Shown piece after piece: positions 9,369 to 19,181 of a DNA stretch of 64,000 nucleotides. Source of the DNA: Candidatus Latescibacterota bacterium (GTDB lineage: Bacteria; Latescibacterota; UBA2968; GCA-2709665); NCBI GenBank assembly GCA_965226795.1, contig CBDDDZ010000002.1:224001-288000 (forward strand), written 5' to 3'. Numbering within the stretch: the stretch's first letter is position 1; each line of letters opens with the position of its first letter. Position numbers and translations under genes: made by a program. The notes below the pieces were generated by a model. The model was not told where the DNA came from. It ran no database searches and worked only from the letters and a program-made list of their open reading frames with translations.

Positions 9369-10961
9369 TCAGGAGCTTGGCTCAATCAGGAGGAGACCGG
9401 CCTTATCAAGACTTGGACCGAGTCGCGTTGGCGGACGGCGTGTATCGTCAACAAAGCAACCCCATTTGAAGCCGTCTGTCTCGATTCTGCACATCCCTTT
9501 GCCATGAGGTCCAATGGCGATTCTTCCGACCGCACCGGTCCCGGGCGGAAGCCTCAAGTAGACGGTGACAAAGTTGTCTCCAGTCACCGATATCTTCTCG
9601 ATCGGATCCCTATAGGTAGAAAGAAGAAAGCGCACGTAGGGTTCGACAAAGAATGTTGCGCTTGCAACTTCCACTCTCCGTTCATCGGGATACTCATATA
9701 ATCCGGCTCGAAGACCCTCGATGCTGGGATAGCTTCGACGGATGTTCTCCCACCCACTAACCAGTGGTGAATCCTCAAATGGGCTAGTGCCGCCAATGAC
9801 TGGACGATATTCGTCTTCCCGTGCCTCGGATTCCTCTTGGATTCTCGTAGGACCTTGCGGCTGCTTCGGTTGCTCAGTTGTCTCATCTGGATCGGATGTG
9901 GAAACCGGAGTTGCTGCGCTGGGCTGCCCCGCTCTCCTGGACACAGTGGCTTCTGGCGAATCTCGCACATCAATCTTCCTCATCGACCCACGCATAGCCA
10001 ACGAGATAGGAAGATCTACAAGTTCATCCCTGGGTTCCTTCTCCGTCCAAATGGCAAACCGATACTCTCGTTGATCCCTATGCTTGATGCGCTTAACGAA
10101 AACCGGACATATCACCCTTTCGAGGTCAGAATGCAGGTTGTCGAGAAAGTCGTACGGGTCGGGCACATAGATGACGGGCCCATGAAAGACGGTCTGCGAA
10201 GGATATTCCGCCTGGATTCCCTCTTGGTCACCTATTCGATCAGTCAGCGTGGCCGTCTGTCCTTGTGGACCGAGGTGCTCTGCGACCATCAGGCCGAGCG
10301 ACCGCGCAAATTCACGGGGGCGATGGATGAACGAGAAGTGATCGTAGTGATCTGGCAGGGTCGTCTTCAGTAGGCGCATTTCCTCGTGAGTCGTCGGTTC
10401 TATCGCTGTGCAGAGTATCCATCCGTTCTTGCCGTATGAGACGGCATGACGGCTCCTGGATGTCCGTTTCGTGCCTGTGGTCTCGAACCTCGCCGTCGCG
10501 CCGACAAGTTCGGCCGCTTTGTTCTTTTCGGCACTGTCGGATCGTGCTTGGTGCAAGTCCTCGGGATGATTGATGCGAGTATGCTCCAATGTCTTCGAGA
10601 CACGAGCCTCATGGGAATCCTTGATCAGGCGTTCTCCGAATCTGCGGAAAAGTGTCGGTTTCGAGATGCGCACGGTCGGGTACGTCTCGATTGCATACTT
10701 CTGGGAGCACCCTTTGATCACCGTCGTAATGGGGAGCCGTGCTTCTGGAGTACGCATGTCGACAAAATGAAGGCGAATCAAGTGACCGGCATCATCGACA
10801 ATGCTCTCGGACTGGAAAAGCGGAGTCCGGTATCTGCATCCAACGCGAACATCCGACGTCATGCCCGGATCTTCCTGGCACACCTCGGAAGCCGCCTCAC
10901 CCTCGACGTGCCCGGTGTCTGGAAGAATCTCGGTCGGTCCACTTCCTTTGTCGCTCTTCAC
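9369..10961 (-). CDS. Hypothetical protein, lower GC, cassette-like
   Basis: 530-aa ORF with GGAGGT RBS before GTG; FVKR..H.DQREYRF motif. Confidence 0.7.
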   Translation of the reverse strand: MKSDKGSGPTEILPDTGHVEGEAASEVCQEDPGMTSDVRVGCRYRTPLFQSESIVDDAGHLIRLHFVDMRTPEARLPITTVIKGCSQKYAIETYPTVRISKPTLFRRFGERLIKDSHEARVSKTLEHTRINHPEDLHQARSDSAEKNKAAELVGATARFETTGTKRTSRSRHAVSYGKNGWILCTAIEPTTHEEMRLLKTTLPDHYDHFSFIHRPREFARSLGLMVAEHLGPQGQTATLTDRIGDQEGIQAEYPSQTVFHGPVIYVPDPYDFLDNLHSDLERVICPVFVKRIKHRDQREYRFAIWTEKEPRDELVDLPISLAMRGSMRKIDVRDSPEATVSRRAGQPSAATPVSTSDPDETTEQPKQPQGPTRIQEESEAREDEYRPVIGGTSPFEDSPLVSGWENIRRSYPSIEGLRAGLYEYPDERRVEVASATFFVEPYVRFLLSTYRDPIEKISVTGDNFVTVYLRLPPGTGAVGRIAIGPHGKGMCRIETDGFKWGCFVDDTRRPPTRLGPSLDKAGLLLIEPSS

Positions 10962-11098
10962 TGCTCACCTCCCAACGCAACAGATCAGATGCGGAATATA
11001 CATCACACCTTGCACAATGTCATTCATACTTGTCATTCTATCTCTCAAACCCTGGTTTCCACCTCAAACCCCCGGCGCCATCTACCCATGCGCCTTGG

Positions 11099-12130
11099 TC
11101 AGAGACTTCGACACCATCCGCGCGAAGCGACGGTAGTAGTCGGCCAACGACATGCCTTCGAAGTCCCTGGGTTGGCCGTGAGTTCGATCCCGACGCCGTC
11201 GATCACCAGATCGGTCCGCAGTACCGCCGCTTTGGGTTCGTGTGTTTTTTCCTCGATATTCGGATCGATTACGAATGTTCCCTCAAGCTCCGCGGCGTCC
11301 GTGACATCCAGCGCCTCGCGCTTGTCGACCGCAACACCCGGATCGCCCGAGGCGGTGAGAAAGACGTGAACCGGATCCGGCTTCTTATTCAGAATACGCC
11401 AGCGGACGGGGTGGGGGACACCTGCAACCAGCTTCTCGTCGGAAAGGCTGCACGACACCATCAGATCGTTGTTCTCGATCTCGGTGATTCCCCAACTCTG
11501 GCGGTCGAACACCAGTCTCAGGAAATCGCCGTCCGGGGCCCGCCAGAGATACTCATAGACCTTCACCTTTCCCCGCGTCATCACGTCCTCTTCCGGCTTG
11601 AGTTCCCTCACGTGGGCCTCGTACCAATCGTGCCTGGCAAAAAAAACGGCGGCGAGCGGATGCCGGCGGGCGGCGGGAACGAAGTTTTCCATGTGTACGG
11701 ACGAGTCCGGCCGCCACATAAACCCCATCTTCTTGTACAGCGGCATCGCCTTCAAATTACCCGGCCACGTGTACAGATCGACGCGCTGGAACCCATCCTC
11801 GTACGCGCGGTCCAGCGCGGCCCACAGTACGGACTTTCCGTGCTTCTTACCATGGTAATCCGGACGGCAGTTGAGGTACGGAACAAACGCGTGTACCTGC
11901 TGTCCCGGCTTTGCCCGGATCTTGCAGATGCTGATGATCTTCTGCCCAGTCTCGGTGACAAAGGCTCCCAGCAGGTTGTTTTCGCGAATATCCCGCTCCT
12001 GTTCGTCGGGAGTCGTCTGCCACCCTCCGCCTCCCGGCCAGGCCACGTCCGCCGCCATCTCGAGCGCGTAGAGCTTCTCCGCGTCGCCCTTTCGCCAATC
12101 CTGGACGAGGTTTCTGGTTTTGTGGAGCAA
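11099..12130 (-). pseudogene. GNAT acetyltransferase, probably C-terminally truncated
   Basis: LNCRPDYHGKKHGK...DLYTWPGNLKAMPLYKKMGF GNAT motifs; GGGGAG RBS before TTG at 12130; coding character is lost after ...GIELTANPG. Confidence 0.65.
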
Positions 12131-12234
12131 AGGCTCCCCTTTCTGTTTCAGCACTGGCTGTTTTGAACTATGTATTTCGAATAACTCAATATGTATTAAG
12201 GCTGCTTTGTTCGCGTATCAATCATCTCCACGCC

Positions 12235-12400
12235 CACAATAGATTGTCGACTCGTTGAGGGAGTGTGGGTGAATGTGGGGCAGACATTCCTGTCTGCCGT
12301 TCTCATTTCGGGGAGACGGAGGCGAGTCGTGGCGTGTCCGGACACAGGATTCTGAGGTTTCGGTTTGATGTATATGAGCAGACAAGAATGTCTGCTCCAC
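12235..12400. repeat. REP doublet (GGGCAGACATTCCTGTCTGCC type)
   Basis: GTGGGGCAGACATTCCTGTCTGCC ... GAGCAGACAAGAATGTCTGCTCCAC; homologous to 31877-32058. Confidence 0.8.
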
Positions 12401-12660
12401 TTTTATAAGCTTTAGTTCGATGTATCGCTTGAGCGCATCAACCATCCGAGACAAAACGCCTGTAATTGCTTGCACTTCCCGAAGCAGCAAGTCGCCACTG
12501 TCACCACTCTATTTGCGCCCACACTGTCATGCTGAGGAAGCCGTCAGGCTGACGAAGCATCTACTGCAGCGTCGGATGATGCCCGAGCGTCTGTCACTTT
12601 GACAGGACTGACGGGCAGCACATCCGCTCGCCCTTCAGGCGGCGGCATCCACGGATGGGT

Positions 12661-12733
12661 GCCTGTACCCTGAGCCGCTCCCTGAGCTTGCGGTCCCTGA
12701 GCCTGTCGAAGGGTCGAAGGGTCGAAGGGTCGG
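12661..12733 (-). repeat. CTTCGACAGGCTCAGGGA repeat with tandem 8-mer
   Basis: Reverse complement matches 34417-34498 and 51765-51815; 3 copies of CGACCCTT here versus 2 in the others. Confidence 0.8.
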
Positions 12734-12856
12734 ATCATCCCTCCCCTCCCCGCGTCGGGGAGGGGAGGGGGAGGGGTCGCCATCCCCACACTCGGAGGCA
12801 GCCTGCAAGCGCCGCGCCCTACCCCGGTGGAATTTGGTCGGCAGCAAGCGTCTCGT

Positions 12857-15229
12857 TTACTCAACCACCCGGAACACCACGTTCCGTTCCGAGATCTGCC
12901 CCGTGTAGAGGTCCTTCACGGTAACGATCAGCTTGTGGAAACCGGCGGGGGCGTTGCGTGCGTCGATCTGCAGGAAGGTGAAGTCATCCTTCTGATTTCC
13001 CTGGTATCGCGCCGTGACCGTCGTCTCCGTGCTTTCGCGTGAACGAGGCGTGTTCTCGATCTCCTCGGAGATCTTATTGCGTTCCGGCAGGATGTATTTC
13101 ACACGGTAACTCACGGACTCTTCAATTTCATCCCGCCAGAGGTCTTCCTCTCTCTCGATTATCGCTTCGTCCACTATGGTCTGAATCTCCACCGTGGCGC
13201 CCGCGCCCGGTGCGTCCAGTGCGGCGAACCGTTCGGGGTGGATCTCCTCGCGATCCGGCCGGGTCAGCCGGTAGGAAATCCGGTATTTGGTCCGGCCGAA
13301 CCTGTCTTTTTTAAGATTGTAGATCTCGAGATAGATGAAGACCGGCTCGGATCGGCCGTAGGTATGGAGAGGATTTGGCGTGACGCGAAGATCGTCACGC
13401 CCCTCGGGAAACGGTGTTTTGGGCTGGATGCCGGAAGCCAGGAGAAGATCGCTCATGGTCAGTAATGAATCCGCCGTCCAAAATTCCCGGAATTCGCGAA
13501 AGGTCCCGATCGATCCGGTGCCGCGGTCTCGGACCTCCACCGCGAGACGGTGCTGCCGTGGGGCGACGCGCAGCGTTCGGAACGACACAATGTGGTTGCG
13601 CCGGATGCTGTCGCTTTTCGTCTCAGCCACGTTGGCGAACACCGGCCACTGCATGGTTACATCCATCTTCTTCCTGTAGACCTCATCCCAGTGCTCATCG
13701 AATAAGAACACGCCGTCCTCGAGGTCCAGAAGGCCATCCGGCTCGTTTACGCGCACCCGCGCCTTCGGAATGGCGTAGGCGAATTCCACGCGAATGCTGT
13801 CGTCCTCACGAAAGGCCGCGACCTGGTGAGGCATCCGATACTTCAGTTCGCGATAAGGGTCGATATACCGCTGCGGCGTATCTCGAAATACATGCCTGGC
13901 GGGAGGCTCGGGTGTTCCCCACATATTCCTCCGATTCCTGCCCGCATAAAAGTCGCCAAGATCGTTTCGCAGTTGTGTGACGGAGTACGTATCATTTCCA
14001 TTAACGATTCTAACATTCTCCATCAGATCTCCAACGGCCCCGCCTCCAGCTGATCCCAGCCCAAACCGCCATGCGTCCAAGCCGTCGCTGCTCTTAAACG
14101 ATATGCGGAATGTCTCATAGAACCACGTTTTCGACGTAGCGAAGGAAATCCGTTCAATAAACCGTCCAAACTTGATAAATGCCTTACCCGTATCCGTCTG
14201 CCATCCTGGAATACCCTTAAAAGGCCGGCTGTACCTGAGATTGGCATACGCAACCCGGCCATAATGCTCCATCTTCCGCTCGTTGAACTCCGTCAAAAAC
14301 AGCGGATCCTGCTTCCGCCAGAAACGGTCGCGGCGGTCATTTGTCCAATTGTCACGGCCAGTGTCTCCGTACGTAATCGCTTGTGCCATCCGTGTACGTT
14401 CTTCTTTCGACGCAATAATATCCACCGACTCCATCATGGACCGCTCTTCGTCAGTTATTCGCTCCATGGCCCGCGTGTAATAGCTATGCGCCAGGTTCAT
14501 TTCACCCAGCATCTGGTAGCCCAAACCGCAGAACATCAACCCATCCTTGTCCTCCGGCGCCTGTTTCAAAAAACGCTTGAAGACCAGGATCAACTCTTCA
14601 GGTTGCCCGGTCTCAACATGCAGCAAACCAAGCTGGTAATATGCGCCTCTAAAACCGGGATCCGCTTCAATGCTCTGCTGAAAATGTGTCCTCGCCCGCT
14701 TGAGATCCTGCTTGGCGAAACGTTTCCAATAAAACATCCTTCCAAGATTTTTGTCGACGAAGATGAAAGGGTCCTGCCTATCGATATAACGAAGATAATC
14801 CTGCACTGCAAAATACCCCGCCCAGTACGCCGCCTCCGCATTCTCCGGCTCCGTTTTCGCCAATTCTTCATAGTGCCGTACGGCATGCCACCAGAAACCC
14901 TGTCTGCTGAGCAATTCGCCGAGCGTCATCTGATAATCCTTGTTCTCCGGATCGAGCCGCATCGCCTGATTGAGCGCCTTCCGGGCGCTCTGGCGCGTGA
15001 GCGGCGTGTTCATTTCGATGTACAGCTTCGCTATTTGATAGTGCGCGGGCGCGAATTTCCAGTCCAGCTTCAAGACCCGCTCAAAAGCCTCTATAGGCTC
15101 CTTCGGAGGCGCCTGTCCGACCTGTGCCAATGCCTCGCGGTAAAGCGAATCCACGCTCGCGTCCGTCTTCCCGGCGCGTACTTCGCCTGTCACCAGCAGC
15201 GCCACTATGCAGAAAATCAAGAGTCTCAT
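12857..15229 (-). CDS. Exported TPR + GWxTD domain protein (copy 3)
   Basis: MRLLIFCIVALL signal peptide, TPRs, FWRKQDP, EHYGRVAYAN, GWQTDTGKAFIKFG. Confidence 0.88.
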   Translation of the reverse strand: MRLLIFCIVALLVTGEVRAGKTDASVDSLYREALAQVGQAPPKEPIEAFERVLKLDWKFAPAHYQIAKLYIEMNTPLTRQSARKALNQAMRLDPENKDYQMTLGELLSRQGFWWHAVRHYEELAKTEPENAEAAYWAGYFAVQDYLRYIDRQDPFIFVDKNLGRMFYWKRFAKQDLKRARTHFQQSIEADPGFRGAYYQLGLLHVETGQPEELILVFKRFLKQAPEDKDGLMFCGLGYQMLGEMNLAHSYYTRAMERITDEERSMMESVDIIASKEERTRMAQAITYGDTGRDNWTNDRRDRFWRKQDPLFLTEFNERKMEHYGRVAYANLRYSRPFKGIPGWQTDTGKAFIKFGRFIERISFATSKTWFYETFRISFKSSDGLDAWRFGLGSAGGGAVGDLMENVRIVNGNDTYSVTQLRNDLGDFYAGRNRRNMWGTPEPPARHVFRDTPQRYIDPYRELKYRMPHQVAAFREDDSIRVEFAYAIPKARVRVNEPDGLLDLEDGVFLFDEHWDEVYRKKMDVTMQWPVFANVAETKSDSIRRNHIVSFRTLRVAPRQHRLAVEVRDRGTGSIGTFREFREFWTADSLLTMSDLLLASGIQPKTPFPEGRDDLRVTPNPLHTYGRSEPVFIYLEIYNLKKDRFGRTKYRISYRLTRPDREEIHPERFAALDAPGAGATVEIQTIVDEAIIEREEDLWRDEIEESVSYRVKYILPERNKISEEIENTPRSRESTETTVTARYQGNQKDDFTFLQIDARNAPAGFHKLIVTVKDLYTGQISERNVVFRVVE

Positions 15230-15343
15230 CGATCTGGCTTTCCGGAGCAATGAACAGGAAGCAAAGTCCCGTGTACGCGAAATAATCTGGCGACACGGCG
15301 CCGGCGTGGGCTCCCGATCGCAGCCGAACAGCTTCGCTCGCTA

Positions 15344-18300
15344 TTACTCCAATACCAGTTCCATCGTCTCTTCCCGTTCGGTGCCGGCGTGGATGTCGCG
15401 GACCTTTACTTTCAACATAAACTCCCCGGCGCCGGCTCTGCTCAGATCAAGAGATAGAAACTCCCTTGTATCCGGCGTATCGCCCAGGCGCTCGACCGTG
15501 ACGGACGTGGCGGGTTTTTTCCCGCCGCCGAAGATTTTGAGCAGTCTCCTGACGCCCTGCTGTTTCAATCGTGTCAACCCATATGAGACTTCGAACGACG
15601 TCGTGCCCCGCTCGTCGGGCGTCAAATTGTAAAGCTCGAAATAGATGTACACCGGATCCTTACGTGAGAATCGACGAGAGGGATTGGGAACGGCATGGAT
15701 ACCACGAAGGTTGAACCCGTCGCTTCCTTCGACGTCGGGCCAGATCACGTGGGCCGGCACGACGCTGCTCATATCCAGTTCCGTATCCGAAAAATCCGGA
15801 ATTCGCACGCCCTGCTTCCAACCGCCCAGGAGATGGCCCCGCGAGGGCCGCAGAAAAAACGCCGCGTAGCTGGAATCGGGATCAGCGGAAAGCCGAAGTA
15901 CGCCGAAACTTCCGTCCTCGTAACGCGATCGTTCCACCTGCGCCTTTCGGACGTGTCCGGTCAGGTTCTCAAATCGTTTCCATTGCAGGTTGTGCATCGC
16001 CAGGCCGTACTCGTAGATAACCGACGTATCGGGCAACTGGCCGTAGTCCTTTTTCAACGCCTTGAAGGGCATTCCATAATACAACTCAACGTCGCCTCTG
16101 CCCCCTTCACCCTTGAAATACGCCAGGTAGGAATCGTAATCCAGCTCATCCACGTCGTCCTCCCACGAATGCCGGTCCGTCCGCAGCCCCATCTCCACCG
16201 ACTGCCGCGCTTCACGCCTGGCCTTCTCATTTTCCCATCGGACGCGCGCTCTGTAGTTCCCCGAGCCGGAAAGGGATTCCACGAGACGCCAGTCCGAACC
16301 CATACTGCTGGGCGTTGCCACGAAATTGAATACCATCTGAGGAAACGCATCCGTCTTCCAGTAGTGCCAGATTTCGGCCATCGAGAACTTCTGCGTATCC
16401 GACGGACGGCCATGCCTTATATATAGCAGACCCGGATCGTTAAACCTGTCGTTCAAATCGATTGTACTCGGATATGGAATCTTGTCGTCTTTGTCAGGAT
16501 CGTAGAACCACGTCCGGAAGCCGTCGAAAAGGTAGTACCGTTCGGCATACAGGATCCGCCGATAATGCTCCGCCAATCGTACGTTGGGAAACACGGCGGG
16601 CGTGGGGTCGCGGCTCACCCAGACCTTTCGGAAAAACTCCCGATAGGCCTCATGCGTCTCGAGTTTGGAAAACGCGTCCATCTCCTCGACGGTCACGATA
16701 TACTTCACGTCTTCATACATCAGTTGCGCATCCAGAGAGTCCTGAATGCTCTGCACCGCCTTGTCGTAATAGCCCTCTCCAGTCTCAACGGCGTCACGTC
16801 CATAAGCAATTCGCGCCAGGGAAAGATAGGCCGGTATCACGCTCAACGAAGGCCCAGACGCAAGCCAGCCCTGCAGCACCGTATCTGCGCGGGCCGTCCG
16901 CCCGGCGAGCCGCAGGGCTTCGCCCTCGAAATAGCGCGCGTATTCCGAGCCATGCCTTCGCATCCATTTCAGCGCATCATCCGGATCCGTATTGTCCAGG
17001 AGATGCAGGTACAGACGCCTCAACCTTCGCCGGTGGAGGCGCGAGTCGGGCTTCAACGCCACCTGCTTTTCTCCCAGGCGAATCGCCTGTTCAAACGCTT
17101 TGTCATAGCGTTTGAGTACCGCGTACTGATAGTAGGCGTCGCGGTATTGAGGTGTTATGTTCACCAATTGTATGAAGTACCGTTCCGATCGCCGCCAATT
17201 CAACCAGCGCATTACAGTCGCCTGGAATTTTCCGGCTTCCCGGTGCGCGATGGCCAGTCGGTAGAGCGCTTCGGGATTGTCCGGATCCTGGTCCAGAATC
17301 TGTCCTGACCATTGCTTCAGATCCCCCCAATCCTCCTCCTGCATCGCCACGTCGCTGAGCGCCATCAACGCCGAAGGAGATCCAGGGGATCGCTTCAACG
17401 CCTTCTTGAAATAATATTTCGCGTCCTTGGGCGCGTTCTGCTTCAGATGGACCCTTCCCAATCCCACGTAGGCAGGCGCGTACTGATCGTCCTCCGAAAT
17501 CGCATCTTCGAAACGTTGCATCGCCGCATCGAATTCGCCGGCAGCCAGAAGATCGACTCCCTGGTTGAACGTCGCAGGTGCGCCGGGATCTGATACCAGC
17601 GCCTCATCGGGAACCGCCTGCCCGGTGATGCCGCGTTGGCCGATAACACCGTCCGGCATTTGCCGCTGGAGGCGGGGAACACGGTGGGACCAATAGCCCG
17701 TTTCAGGACCGGTTGTCCGCTCGAAAGCCATACGCCGTTCCTCCGGTGCGGCATTGAGGCGCGCCAGGAGGGTGTCGCTGTCGGCGAGACGGACCACCCT
17801 GACGCCCTCCATGTCCCGTATCGCGACGGGTTCAGCGCGATCCAGCAGCAGCCGGTCCGGGCGCGGCACCATGGCGGATGGAAAGACCAGCACGCCACGT
17901 GCAGGCGGGTCTTCGGTGGTCGCCCCCGGCGGTGCGTGCATCCCCGAGTGATCTGAAACTGAAACGACTGTCATCGCCCCCGAGATGCCCCCGCCATGGC
18001 CTTCATCGAGTCCCTCTACCGCAGTCGCCACGGCCTCGGCGCTATGCACGGACACCACCGCGTTCACGTTCGCCGTCCGCTCCAGCGCCTTATGGTTGGG
18101 CAGGGCCTCCTTCGCGAAGCCCGAGAACGCCGGAATATATCCCACGCGTATGGTATCGGCGTCCCAGACGTCCGCCGCCATCTGTCCGCGGGTGCGATTC
18201 ACCACCAGGATGTTCGGCGTCGCCGGCGCCGGCATGACCAGGTACACCGGGTCGCCCCACCGGCCTGCCAGGTCCCGGCCCTTCGCAAGACGGTTCATGA

Positions 18301-18679
18301 AGCCCATCAGGTTCAGGCTCGCCCGCGCGTCGATCCGGCGCATCCGGATATCGGCCAGTAGCAGCCGGGTCTCGTCCGCGCTGACCGAGCCGGTCTCCAG
18401 CGCCAGGTTCATCGCGTCGACGTCCCGTTTGAGCGTCAGCAGCGACTTGCGGTTGCGCTTGCGCAAGTCTGTAAGCATTTCCTCGAAGTCGCCAACTGGA
18501 GCGGGTATGGACGGTCCAGGTTTCGTCGCGCGGAGAGAACGTCTCCCGTCCAACTTCAGATGAATGCTGTCCACCGGACCTTGAATTCCCTGGACGCGCA
18601 CATCCAGGGAATCGCCGCCGGCTGCATTTGCGCCCGCCAGCAACAGATATAACAAAACGACGGATTTCACACCGTGCAT
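15344..18679 (-). CDS. Large exported TPR protein with degenerate GWxTD domain (copy 4)
   Basis: GGAGGT RBS; signal peptide; long TPR array; W..RDPTP, EHYRRILYAE, NDPGLLYIRHGRP; same C-terminal VPNP...VYIYFELYNL domain as copies 1-3. Confidence 0.85.
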   Translation of the reverse strand: MHGVKSVVLLYLLLAGANAAGGDSLDVRVQGIQGPVDSIHLKLDGRRSLRATKPGPSIPAPVGDFEEMLTDLRKRNRKSLLTLKRDVDAMNLALETGSVSADETRLLLADIRMRRIDARASLNLMGFMNRLAKGRDLAGRWGDPVYLVMPAPATPNILVVNRTRGQMAADVWDADTIRVGYIPAFSGFAKEALPNHKALERTANVNAVVSVHSAEAVATAVEGLDEGHGGGISGAMTVVSVSDHSGMHAPPGATTEDPPARGVLVFPSAMVPRPDRLLLDRAEPVAIRDMEGVRVVRLADSDTLLARLNAAPEERRMAFERTTGPETGYWSHRVPRLQRQMPDGVIGQRGITGQAVPDEALVSDPGAPATFNQGVDLLAAGEFDAAMQRFEDAISEDDQYAPAYVGLGRVHLKQNAPKDAKYYFKKALKRSPGSPSALMALSDVAMQEEDWGDLKQWSGQILDQDPDNPEALYRLAIAHREAGKFQATVMRWLNWRRSERYFIQLVNITPQYRDAYYQYAVLKRYDKAFEQAIRLGEKQVALKPDSRLHRRRLRRLYLHLLDNTDPDDALKWMRRHGSEYARYFEGEALRLAGRTARADTVLQGWLASGPSLSVIPAYLSLARIAYGRDAVETGEGYYDKAVQSIQDSLDAQLMYEDVKYIVTVEEMDAFSKLETHEAYREFFRKVWVSRDPTPAVFPNVRLAEHYRRILYAERYYLFDGFRTWFYDPDKDDKIPYPSTIDLNDRFNDPGLLYIRHGRPSDTQKFSMAEIWHYWKTDAFPQMVFNFVATPSSMGSDWRLVESLSGSGNYRARVRWENEKARREARQSVEMGLRTDRHSWEDDVDELDYDSYLAYFKGEGGRGDVELYYGMPFKALKKDYGQLPDTSVIYEYGLAMHNLQWKRFENLTGHVRKAQVERSRYEDGSFGVLRLSADPDSSYAAFFLRPSRGHLLGGWKQGVRIPDFSDTELDMSSVVPAHVIWPDVEGSDGFNLRGIHAVPNPSRRFSRKDPVYIYFELYNLTPDERGTTSFEVSYGLTRLKQQGVRRLLKIFGGGKKPATSVTVERLGDTPDTREFLSLDLSRAGAGEFMLKVKVRDIHAGTEREETMELVLE

Positions 18680-18684
18680 GGCCC

Positions 18685-19176
18685 TTACCTCCACTGTCGC
18701 TCCAGTTCAGCTTCCATGTCCAGGATCGACGCCCGGATCTTCGCCAATTCCTTGCGAACCGGCGCCGATCTTCCGTTTCCCGGCGGTGGAATCGTCTCGT
18801 ACATCTCCAATCCCCAGATCGCGAGCATCAACGCCGCGGCCGCGGCTGCCGGCGCAAGCACCCTGCGGGGAATCCTGCCGAGAAGATCCGCCGGACGCCA
18901 TCGAGCGCGCCGCGGCGGCGGCAGTAGCCGATTCGACAAACCACTCCAGAATCCCTCCGGCGCCGTCGCGTTTGCGACCGTTGCCTCGAAATGACTCCGC
19001 ACTGCGTCCTCGCTTAGACCCAGCCGCTCAAACGCCAGCGCGCAATCCCCGCACCGCGCCACGTGAGCCCGCATAGCCTCTTCCCCCTCGGGCGATAAAT
19101 CGCCGTCCAGGTAGCTATGCATCCGCTTTCTGGTTTCGCGACACCGGGATTTCAGCATCTTGCAACCCTTTCTCAT
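18685..19176 (-). CDS. Zinc-finger (zf-HC2) anti-sigma factor with one TM helix
   Basis: C...YLDGDL...HVARCGDC (HxxxCxxC), then a hydrophobic segment. Confidence 0.9.
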   Translation of the reverse strand: MRKGCKMLKSRCRETRKRMHSYLDGDLSPEGEEAMRAHVARCGDCALAFERLGLSEDAVRSHFEATVANATAPEGFWSGLSNRLLPPPRRARWRPADLLGRIPRRVLAPAAAAAALMLAIWGLEMYETIPPPGNGRSAPVRKELAKIRASILDMEAELERQWR

Positions 19177-19181
19177 TTCGG

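Noticed and set aside
11088..11180. Integron integrase N-terminus next to the att-like site
   Set aside because: MRLGQRLRHHPREA lacks the HYS..TE..Y motif and no integrase body follows
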